Source: Verrucomicrobiota bacterium
GTDB taxonomy: Bacteria; Verrucomicrobiota; Verrucomicrobiia; Limisphaerales; JADLHS01
Reading direction: 5' to 3'
Length of the DNA: 64,000 nucleotides
Assembly (NCBI GenBank): GCA_039806955.1
Contig: JBDHQI010000005.1
Location: forward strand, 39,118 to 103,117
The position numbers and the translations under genes were made by a program. The notes under the pieces were generated by a model. The model saw only the letters and a program-made list of their open reading frames with translations, was not told the origin of the DNA and did no database searches. Shown here piece by piece: positions 34,283 to 41,436 of the stretch; position 1 is the first letter of the stretch, and every line of letters begins with the position of its first letter.

Positions 34283-34311
34283 GTCGAATCGAACCGGTGC
34301 AGAAAAACGGG

Positions 34312-34722
34312 CTAATTGGAACGGATAAAATCGTCCGCATCCAGGACAGTGCTGTCATCAAATCGGCGGTTGGGTCCAGCGGAGCGGATTAATACGCCGC
34401 CCTCGGTGAAGTAAATTCGTAACGGGGTGCCCCAGGGATCAACGTATTCACCTTTCTCGTTCAACTCGGTTTTGCGCCCCACCAAAATGATCACGTTTTT
34501 GCTGTTCTCACCCTGTAACGCCTTCGCAATTTGAGCGTTGCTCCCATTCGGATACGAGCCAACGCGTTCCTTGTATTTTTGCAGGCCGACAAAGAGGTTT
34601 TCGACGTCCTGGTTAAACTGCGCGGTTTTGGCGTTGGCGCGCAAAGTTTTCCAGGCGCTCGCAGCCCAGAACGCTCCGCAGAACACCGTAATGACTCCAA
34701 TAACGGTCAGAATCTTCTTCAT
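34312..34722 (-). CDS. GspG-like pseudopilin domain protein
   Basis: The internal ATG gives MKKILTVIGVITVFCGAFWA, a TM anchor. The C-terminal DPWGTPLRIYF...IRSAGPNRRFDD resembles the type II secretion G-type pseudopilin fold. Confidence 0.5.
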   Translation of the reverse strand: MKKILTVIGVITVFCGAFWAASAWKTLRANAKTAQFNQDVENLFVGLQKYKERVGSYPNGSNAQIAKALQGENSKNVIILVGRKTELNEKGEYVDPWGTPLRIYFTEGGVLIRSAGPNRRFDDSTVLDADDFIRSN

Positions 34723-34768
34723 GCCGCTGGAGAGCAGGCGTAATACCAAGTATTGCGGCCGGCGGCGG

Positions 34769-35788
34769 CTATTTCGCGGGCGCCGGGGGAGCGGCAGTGC
34801 TGGCGCGAGGCACCAATTCCGCCGGTAATCGCCGGTTTTCCACCGCCTTGCCTTGCAGCAATTGCAGCATCATTTCCACCGCCACAATGCCCATCCGGTA
34901 TTTCGGCTGGCGCGCGGTGGTCAGCGGAACGCGAAAATGTTTGGCCAGCAGACCGTTGCCAAATCCCGCCACCGACAAATCCTGAGGGATGCGCAATCCC
35001 TGCTGTTGCAACGTCTCGACGCAACCGATGGCCACCAAATCATTCGCGGCTTGGATGGCCGTTGCCTCGCATTTCTCGTTGGCGAACTGAAGCGTCGCCT
35101 TCGCGCCATCTTCAATCGTGCTGCCCGCGTGAAAGATGAGGGCGTCGTCCACTTCCAGATTGGCTTCGCGATGCGCGCGCCGGAAGCCTTCGTAGCGTTC
35201 CTGCGCCCAAAGCGCGGGGAGCGGTCCCGTGAAATAGGCGATGCGGCGATGCCCCAATTCCAGCAGGTGGCGCGTCACCGCCTGGCTGGCGGGCAATTCA
35301 TCCGTTTGTACGCACGGAAATTGATTGCAGAACGCTGCAGGCGAACCCAGCACCACCGTGGGCGTTTTGCTCGCGGTCAGGGCTTGATAAATTTTGCCGG
35401 TGCTTTCCATGCGGTACACGGGCGCGACAAAAATCCCATCCACCCGCCGCGCCAAGAGGCGCCGGATGCAGAGTTCTTCGCGCTCGATTTTATCGTGCGT
35501 GTGGCACAATAGCACGTCGTAGCCGCTTTCGCGGGCGCGTTCTTCCACCGCATAAATCAACCGATAAAATACGGGATCGGTCGTGGAAGGAACCACCAAG
35601 CCGAACAGTTTGGTGGCACGAGTGCGCAGGCTTTGCGCGCTCGAATCGGGCACATATCCCATCTCTTTGGCCGTGGCCTTGATGAGATTTCGCGTTTTGG
35701 CCGCGACATCCGGTTGATCCCGCAACGCTTTGGAAACGGTCATTACTGAGACCCCGACCCGGGCCGCTATGTCAACAAGCCGAACCAT
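34769..35788 (-). CDS. LacI family transcriptional regulator
   Basis: It has an N-terminal HTH (VRLVDIAARVGVSVMTVSKALRD) and a periplasmic-binding-protein-like C-terminal domain. Confidence 0.85.
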   Translation of the reverse strand: MVRLVDIAARVGVSVMTVSKALRDQPDVAAKTRNLIKATAKEMGYVPDSSAQSLRTRATKLFGLVVPSTTDPVFYRLIYAVEERARESGYDVLLCHTHDKIEREELCIRRLLARRVDGIFVAPVYRMESTGKIYQALTASKTPTVVLGSPAAFCNQFPCVQTDELPASQAVTRHLLELGHRRIAYFTGPLPALWAQERYEGFRRAHREANLEVDDALIFHAGSTIEDGAKATLQFANEKCEATAIQAANDLVAIGCVETLQQQGLRIPQDLSVAGFGNGLLAKHFRVPLTTARQPKYRMGIVAVEMMLQLLQGKAVENRRLPAELVPRASTAAPPAPAK

Positions 35789-35805
35789 GATTTTGAGTTG
35801 GTAAA

Positions 35806-36690
35806 TTAAAAATTCGTCCCGCGCCAGTGTAACTTGCGGCGCAACGCGGCAAAAAAGGAGCTGTCCGCCAAGTGCATTAACCGGGCCGTGTGTCGGCTGC
35901 GTTGCACTACGACTTCATCGCCCGGCGACAGGCTGCCGATGATCTCGCCGTCGGCACTTAGCAACATCCGCGCGCGCGAATTGGCCGGGCGGATGCGGAT
36001 TTTCGCGCTCAACGGAACAATGAGCGAACGGTTCGTCAACGTGTGGGGACAAATCGGCGTCAGCGCAAAAACTTCTGCCGTCGGTAAAACCACCGCGCCA
36101 CCCGCCGCCAGTGAATAGGCGGTCGAACCTGTGGGCGAACTGACAATCAAACCGTCACACCGATACCGCGTCAGCGGGTCCTGGTTCACGTCCACCTCCA
36201 GATCAATCAAACGCGCCACTTCGCCGCGCCCCACCACGATGTCGTTAAGCGCCAGTTGCCGCAGCTTGCGCCCGGCGATTAGGGCGTTGGCTTCAATTAG
36301 CGCCCGTTGCTCGAATTTGAAACTGCCACGCCAAATGAGACTCAACGCCACCTCCAGTTCTGGAGAGGGTACTTCCGTGAGAAAACCCAGCCCGCCGATG
36401 TTCACGCCCAGCAACGGCGTGGGAATACCCGCCGTCTGCCGCGCGATCCGTAGCATCGTGCCGTCGCCACCGAAGACGATCAACAAATCCACCGTCTGCG
36501 CCAATGCTTCGATTGAGTCGCAAATTTTGATCTGGAGACGCGAACGCCGGGCCGTTTGGGCGTCGGTGTAAAGCGATCGTTTGGTGGCTTGAATCAGTTG
36601 CGCGGCGCGATGCACCACTTGCGCACACGCCGCCTTGTCGGGATTGCCAATCAAACCGATCCGCCGAAATTTGTCAGTTGTTTTTTTCAA
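35806..36690 (-). CDS. nadK: NAD kinase
   Basis: GGDGTMLR and NIGGLGFLTE motifs. 294 aa. Confidence 0.85.
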   Translation of the reverse strand: MKKTTDKFRRIGLIGNPDKAACAQVVHRAAQLIQATKRSLYTDAQTARRSRLQIKICDSIEALAQTVDLLIVFGGDGTMLRIARQTAGIPTPLLGVNIGGLGFLTEVPSPELEVALSLIWRGSFKFEQRALIEANALIAGRKLRQLALNDIVVGRGEVARLIDLEVDVNQDPLTRYRCDGLIVSSPTGSTAYSLAAGGAVVLPTAEVFALTPICPHTLTNRSLIVPLSAKIRIRPANSRARMLLSADGEIIGSLSPGDEVVVQRSRHTARLMHLADSSFFAALRRKLHWRGTNF

Positions 36691-37417
36691 TTAAAACCAG
36701 AAATTCCTTGTTGCCCGCCGGACCGAGGAGTGGCGATGGCGTCATCCCCACCCAGTTCCACCCCGATTGCGTTGCGATAAAAGTTTTTATTTCCTCGATC
36801 ACCCGTTCGTGTACTTCCGGATCGGTAATGACACCCGCCCCACGATCCACCTCCGCTTTTCCGGCCTCGAACTGCGGTTTGACCAGCGCGATGAGTTTAC
36901 CGCCGGAGCGCAGCAAAGCAACGGCAGGCGGCAGAATTTTTTGCAGCGAAATGAACGAACAATCAATCACCACCAGGTCCACCGGTGTAAACGGCGGCGG
37001 CATGGCCGCCGGAGTGAGGTGGCGCGCATTGGTTTTTTCCATCACCACCACGCGCGGGTCCTGGCGCAATTTCCACGCGAGTTGCCCGTGCCCCACATCC
37101 ACCGCATACACCAACGCCGCGCCCGCCTGTAACAGGCAATCCGTGAAGCCTCCCGTCGAAGCGCCGAGATCAATCGCACGGCAACCCTGCGCGGACACCC
37201 GAAAATGCTCCAACGCATGCGCCAGCTTGAATCCGCCGCGACTGACAAATGGCTCCCGCGCCGCCAAAGCCAGTTCCTCCTTGGCGCCGACTGCATCGCT
37301 GGGCTTGCGCACCGGCTGACCGTTGACCAACACCTGCCCCGCCATCACCAGGCGTTTGGCCTGTTCGCGACTCGCGCAAAGGCCGCGCTCCACCAGCGCT
37401 TGATCCACCCGCATCAT
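36674..37417 (-). CDS. tlyA: TlyA family rRNA 2'-O-methyltransferase
   Basis: It has an S4-like N-terminus (RVDQALVERGLCASREQAKRLVMAGQVLVNG) and the SAM-binding block IDLGASTGGFTDCLLQ. Confidence 0.8.
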   Translation of the reverse strand: MMRVDQALVERGLCASREQAKRLVMAGQVLVNGQPVRKPSDAVGAKEELALAAREPFVSRGGFKLAHALEHFRVSAQGCRAIDLGASTGGFTDCLLQAGAALVYAVDVGHGQLAWKLRQDPRVVVMEKTNARHLTPAAMPPPFTPVDLVVIDCSFISLQKILPPAVALLRSGGKLIALVKPQFEAGKAEVDRGAGVITDPEVHERVIEEIKTFIATQSGWNWVGMTPSPLLGPAGNKEFLVLIEKNN

Positions 37418-37852
37418 GTCGGCAGGTTAAACTTCCGCCGCGAGAAAATCACGCTCGAACCGGACCGCCTTTGACAATCTGTTGATGTAATCCCATTTGT
37501 CATCAATTGGCGCTTATGTTGCAATTAACGGGTCAGCCCATCCCGCATATTTGGAATGAGCCGTCTGTCCCGTGCGGGCCGGGCGGAAGAATTCCGCGTT
37601 GCAAACTCTATTCCCGATGTGCTTCAACAACATCTGAGCGGCGGGTGCAGCCAATAAACGTGCCTTTGACGGGCCGATTAAATTGAGATTTCAAAGCGGT
37701 TCACGGACGGCTATTTTCCCCGTCATGTCTGTGACTTTGATAGACAAATATTTTTCAGCCATCGCGCCGGGCGTCAAGGCCGACGTCGCACCAGCGGAAA
37801 TGGTCATCGCATTTTTGCGATGGAATTACTCTTTAGCCTAGATTGAATTTTT

Positions 37853-38827
37853 ATGTCCGACGAGAATCAACAGCCGCAACCGAACCCCGAGCGCAAAACG
37901 CTCGACGACCGCGCAAAGATGACCGAGTTGGAACGCCTCCGCCACTCGTGCGCGCACGTCATGGCCACCGCCATCCTGCGCCTGTGGCCGGACGCGCAAT
38001 TCGCCTACGGCCCGCCCGTCGAGAACGGTTTTTACTACGACCTCGAATGTTCCCATCGCATCTCGCCCGAGGATTTTGAAAAAATCGAGGCCGAGATGAA
38101 AAAGGAGATCAAGTCCAACAACGTCTTCCAGAAGATCGAAGTGCCGCGCGAACAAGCTATCAAGGACGCGCAAAGCGGTCGGCTCGGCGGTCTGACGGAA
38201 CGCCCCGGCCATGCGAGCAAATTCAAGCTCGACCTCATCGCGCAGATTCCCGAAGGCGAACCGATTTCATATTTCAAGAACGGCGATTTCATTGACCTCT
38301 GCGCCGGGCCGCACGTGATGCGCACGGGCAACATCGGCGCGTTCAAGCTCACGAGCGTCGCCAGCGCGTATTACAAGGGCGACGAAAAAAATCCGCAGTT
38401 GCAACGCATTTACGGCACGGCGTTCAAGAACAAGACGGCGATGGACGAGTATTTCAAAATGCTCGAGGAAGCGAAGCGCCGCGACCATCGCAAGATCGGC
38501 GCGGAGATGGGGCTGTTCGCGATTGATACCGAATACGTCGGGCCGGGCATGCCGCTGTGGCTGCCCAAGGGCACGGTGCTGGTGGAGGAACTGGAAAAGC
38601 TGGCCAAGGAAACGGAATTCGCCGCCGGCTACGTCCGCGTCCGCACGCCGCATCTGGCCAAGGAGAAGATGTATAAAACCTCCGGCCATCTGCCGTATTA
38701 CGCCGAGAGCATGTTTCCGAAAATGGAAATGGACGAACACCGCGAAGCTCGCGCGAAACTCCAGTCCCGCATCGCCGAACTGGAAAAACAACTGGCCGAT
38801 TACGCGAAGAAAAAATCCGGTGGATGA
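37853..38827 (+). CDS. thrS: Threonyl-tRNA synthetase N-terminal fragment (editing-domain part, motif 1) with a 31-aa cassette-encoded tail
   Basis: RHSCAHVMATAILRLWP, RDHRKIG, VRVRTPHL (motif 1 Pro) and TSGHLPYYAESMFP are colinear with bacterial ThrRS up to the loop before the zinc-site Cys. After M293 (ATG 38729) the ORF reads DEHREARAKLQSRIAELEKQLADYAKKKSGG and then stops. There is no TGS domain: the HSCAH motif starts at residue 31. Confidence 0.9.
   Translation: MSDENQQPQPNPERKTLDDRAKMTELERLRHSCAHVMATAILRLWPDAQFAYGPPVENGFYYDLECSHRISPEDFEKIEAEMKKEIKSNNVFQKIEVPREQAIKDAQSGRLGGLTERPGHASKFKLDLIAQIPEGEPISYFKNGDFIDLCAGPHVMRTGNIGAFKLTSVASAYYKGDEKNPQLQRIYGTAFKNKTAMDEYFKMLEEAKRRDHRKIGAEMGLFAIDTEYVGPGMPLWLPKGTVLVEELEKLAKETEFAAGYVRVRTPHLAKEKMYKTSGHLPYYAESMFPKMEMDEHREARAKLQSRIAELEKQLADYAKKKSGG
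38724..38821 (+). repeat. Core TGGAAATG plus R module, copy 1 (in frame with thrS)
   Basis: This is the 8-bp core followed by a 90-nt segment. The segment recurs at 39417 (6 mismatches in 90 nt by hand alignment) and at 40646 (5 mismatches in about 80 nt). Confidence 0.9.
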
Positions 38828-38900
38828 GGTTTAACCGCGAAACACACCGCAGAAATGCCCTTTGCACGACTGCATTCGCCAAGTTATACTTTGCAGCAAG

Positions 38901-39113
38901 ATGAAAACGGTCGAAGCCATCATTGAAACCAATGGCGAGGTGCATTTGGTTGAACCGATCCGCGTGCAATCGCCGCGCCGCGCGCTGGTCACGATACTCG
39001 AAGAAGCTCCGACCGTGCATGATGCCGCGCTGTTGAGCGAGGCCGCGCTCGCCGAGGACTGGAATTGCGCCGAGGAGGACGCTGCATGGGCACATTTACA
39101 GCCAGCCAAGTAG
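38901..39113 (+). CDS. Cassette A antitoxin-like protein (MazE-position partner)
   Basis: 70 aa from ATG 38901. MKTVEAIIETNGEVHLVEPIRVQSPRRALVTILEE...ALLSEAALAEDWNCAEEDAAWAHLQ resembles small antitoxins found upstream of MazF/PemK toxins. It overlaps the toxin start. Confidence 0.55.
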   Translation: MKTVEAIIETNGEVHLVEPIRVQSPRRALVTILEEAPTVHDAALLSEAALAEDWNCAEEDAAWAHLQPAK

Positions 39114-39420
39114 TCATCGTCCACTTTCCCTTCTCCGATCTCACGGCCTCCAAACTCCGTCCGGCAGTTGTGCTGGCCGAAGTGGACGCGGCGATTGGAT
39201 TCTCTGCCAAATCACCAGCAAATCCTACGGTGATGGCAAGGCCATCACGCTCGACACTGCCGACTTCGCCCACGGCTCACTTCGGATCACCAGCTATGCG
39301 CGTCCCGGAAAACTGTTCACCGCGCACCACAGCCTCGTCGCAAATCAGGTTGGTGAATTGCAGCCTGCAAAATTTGCTGCCATCCGCGACGCTGTGGTGC
39401 GGATGATTCAAAAAAGTTGA
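39086..39420 (+). pseudogene. Cassette A MazF/PemK-family toxin interrupted by a frameshift near 39190
   Basis: Frame 1 reads MGTFTASQVVIVHFPFSDLTASKLRPAVVLAEVDA. After an apparent 1-nt loss in GACGCGGCGATTGG, the family-typical continuation lies in another frame: GDWILCQITSKSYGDGKAITLDTADFAHGSLRITSYARPGKLFTAHHSLVANQVGELQPAKFAAIRDAVVRMIQKS-stop. Confidence 0.7.
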
Positions 39421-39514
39421 AATGGACGAACACCGCGAAGCCCGCGCGAAACACCAGCCCCGCATCGCCGAACTGGAAAAACAACTGGTCGATTACGCGA
39501 AGAAAAAGTCCGGC
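39417..39514 (+). repeat. Core TTGAAATG plus R module, copy 2
   Basis: See copy 1. It encodes MDEHREARAKHQPRIAELEKQLVDYAKKKSG... from its own ATG at 39422. Confidence 0.9.
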
Positions 39515-39564
39515 GAGGAAAGTTCAACCGCGAAATACGCCAAATACGCGAAAGCATTTCAGTC

Positions 39565-40638
39565 ATGCCCAAACCGAAAATCACCCCGCCGCCACCCGTT
39601 GCGCCTGAAACCTGGCAGGCATTGCTCGCCGCCACTGCCGAGTTCGCCGCGCTCCAACCGTGGGAATTCGCCTACGACAGCGATCCCGTTGGCTTGGTTG
39701 ATCCCGTCACTGGCGAGACGCGCATCGGCCATGTTCTCGGCAACGCGGGCGAGGTGTTCGCCGCCGTGTTTTACCGGCGCGCAGGACTGCGCTGGATTCT
39801 CGCCATGCTCGGCGATTCGCCCGATCCCGAGGATTTGAATAACGCCGATGGCATGGACTGCCTCAAAGTCGAACTCGTTCCCAAGCGCGAACTGTGGAAG
39901 GAAGACCTTGCCCTACTCAAGGCCGCCGCGTTCAAGCCCGCTGGAAAGGGACTCGTCTGGCCGCAATTCCGTTCCTCCGCTCCCGGTTGGCATCCGTGGC
40001 ATATCAATCAGGCCGAGGCAGATCAACTGCTCGCCGATCTGCCGCGTCTCACGGCGTTCTACCGGTTGTTCAAGCAACACCCCGACCTCTACGACGACCG
40101 CGACGCGACAGAGATTCCGTTTCTGCCCGTGCCGCTGGCCGCCCGCCCGCTCACGATTGCCGACCTCGACTGGCATCCGCTCCTGTTGCCGCCGCTCACC
40201 GGCTTCGAGCCGTTTCAAGTTCCCGGTGCTGATCTCGAAAAACTCCGCGCGCTCAAGCGCGATCCCGGCCTCGAATGTGAGTTCGACTGCACGATGATGC
40301 CCGGCGGTTCGTTTTACGAGAATGGACGCCCTTGCTTTGGCCGGTTCAGCCTGCTGGTGGAAAAACAACGTGGTCTCGTCATCGGCATGGACGTGGCCAG
40401 TGGCGCGCTCACGCCCGGCGAAGCCGCCGGACGCACTCTGGTCAAGGCGCTCCTCATGGGCAAAACCCTGCCGGAAAAAATCTTCATCGGCGGGTTGCGC
40501 CTGCAACCCGTCCTACAACCGCTGTGCGACGAATTGCAAATCCAGCTTCGGCCCGCGTCCTCGCTGCCTGCCTTGGAAGGAGCCATTGAATCGTTGAGCC
40601 AACAGTTGATGACAACAGGTGGGCCGGGACGACTCTGA
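39565..40638 (+). CDS. Cassette B hypothetical protein (357 aa)
   Basis: This is a long ORF co-oriented with thrS, at genome-typical GC. I recognise no catalytic or family motif with confidence. Confidence 0.55.
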   Translation: MPKPKITPPPPVAPETWQALLAATAEFAALQPWEFAYDSDPVGLVDPVTGETRIGHVLGNAGEVFAAVFYRRAGLRWILAMLGDSPDPEDLNNADGMDCLKVELVPKRELWKEDLALLKAAAFKPAGKGLVWPQFRSSAPGWHPWHINQAEADQLLADLPRLTAFYRLFKQHPDLYDDRDATEIPFLPVPLAARPLTIADLDWHPLLLPPLTGFEPFQVPGADLEKLRALKRDPGLECEFDCTMMPGGSFYENGRPCFGRFSLLVEKQRGLVIGMDVASGALTPGEAAGRTLVKALLMGKTLPEKIFIGGLRLQPVLQPLCDELQIQLRPASSLPALEGAIESLSQQLMTTGGPGRL

Positions 40639-40645
40639 CGGAAAA

Positions 40646-40736
40646 TCGAAATGGACGAACACCACGAAGTCCGCGCGAAACTCCAGTCCCGCATCGCCGA
40701 ACTGGAAAAGCAACTGGCCGATTACGCGAAAAAATC
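40646..40736 (+). repeat. Core TCGAAATG plus R module, copy 3
   Basis: See copy 1. It encodes a free-standing 30-aa ORF, MDEHHEVRAKLQSRIAELEKQLADYAKKSK (40651..40743). Confidence 0.9.
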
Positions 40737-40900
40737 AAAGTAGGACAGCGCGTCCCGCCTGTCTGGATGAAGGGGAAATGGCCGCAACAGAACGCAAGGC
40801 GCGCAAAGAATTTAACCGCGAAAGACGCGGAGACGCAGAGTGAAAACTGCCATTTATCTCTGTCTTTGCTTCACGACCTGAAAAAGCTTAGACTTCCGGC

Positions 40901-41113
40901 ATGAAAACGAGTCTGCCCATCGAAGTTGACCGGGAAATCATGAGCGGCGCGCCGGTGTTCCGGGGCACGCGCGTGCCGGTGCAATCGCTGTTTGAATATC
41001 TGGAGGACAATCTGTCGTTGGAGGAATTTCTGGACTGCTTTCCCACGGTGAAGCGCGAGGACGCCATCGCGGTGCTGGAACACAGCAAGAGCGAATTGCT
41101 CGTTCATGCGTGA
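40901..41113 (+). CDS. Cassette C DUF433 domain protein (antitoxin-like)
   Basis: 70 aa. IMSGAPVFRGTRVPVQSLFEYLEDNLSLEEFLDCFPTVKREDAIAVLE is the DUF433 pattern. It has a GTGA overlap with the next gene. Confidence 0.7.
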   Translation: MKTSLPIEVDREIMSGAPVFRGTRVPVQSLFEYLEDNLSLEEFLDCFPTVKREDAIAVLEHSKSELLVHA

Positions 41114-41424
41114 AAATTCTTTTCGACGAATGTATGCCGCAACCGTTGCGCCGCCTTCTGGCGGATTTTGAGATTTCCACAGCGCAGGAAATGGGCTGGG
41201 GTCGCGTGAAGAATGGCGAATTGCTGAAACGCGCGGAGGGTGTGTTCGATGCTTTTCTGACTTCGGATCAGCAGTTGAAGTATCAGCAAAATTTGAAAGG
41301 CAGAAAACTCGCGATCCTCGTGCTCTCGACAAACCGCTGGCCAAAGGTCAAAGCCAAAACGCAGGAAATCATCGCGGCGATTCAATCGTTGAAACCCGGA
41401 GATTACATCGAGTTGGCTCTGTGA
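41110..41424 (+). CDS. Cassette C DUF5615 / PIN-like (Mut7-C-like) protein (toxin-like)
   Basis: 104 aa. MKILFDECMPQPLRRLLADFEISTAQEMGW...GELLKRAEGVFDAFLTSDQQL fits the DUF5615 family, which is commonly paired with DUF433. Confidence 0.65.
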   Translation: MKILFDECMPQPLRRLLADFEISTAQEMGWGRVKNGELLKRAEGVFDAFLTSDQQLKYQQNLKGRKLAILVLSTNRWPKVKAKTQEIIAAIQSLKPGDYIELAL

Positions 41425-41428
41425 ATTT

Positions 41429-41436
41429 TTGAAATG
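41429..41436 (+). repeat. Fourth copy of the 8-bp core (TTGAAATG); its ATG is the ThrRS C-fragment start codon
   Basis: TNGAAATG occurs at 38724, 39417, 40646 and 41429, at exactly the four junctions of the cassette array. Confidence 0.85.

Noticed and set aside
37725-37841. A 38-aa upstream ORF (MSVTLIDKYFSAIAPGVKADVAPAEMVIAFLRWNYSLA) ending 11 nt before thrS, as a possible attenuation leader peptide.
   Set aside because: It has only one Thr codon, and I could not identify any alternative terminator/antiterminator hairpins. No support beyond position.
39422-39838. The 138-aa ORF starting at R2 as a real protein.
   Set aside because: Only its first ~30 codons (the R module) are conserved. 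The rest is P/S/R-rich and overlaps the cassette B gene out of frame.
38724-40736. The three R repeats as a CRISPR array.
   Set aside because: The repeat unit is about 90-98 bp, which is too long. The 'spacers' are 600-1140 bp and contain complete genes. The repeat is also coding and in frame with thrS.
38724-41436. The repeats as an assembly artefact, or the thrS split as an intein or intron.
   Set aside because: - The copies differ at 5-6 positions each and have different 3' tails, so they are not collapsed or duplicated reads.
- There are no intein splice-junction residues or homing endonuclease.
- There is no group I/II intron structure or reverse transcriptase.
- The insert consists of ordinary protein genes.
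- Misassembly still needs read-level confirmation.
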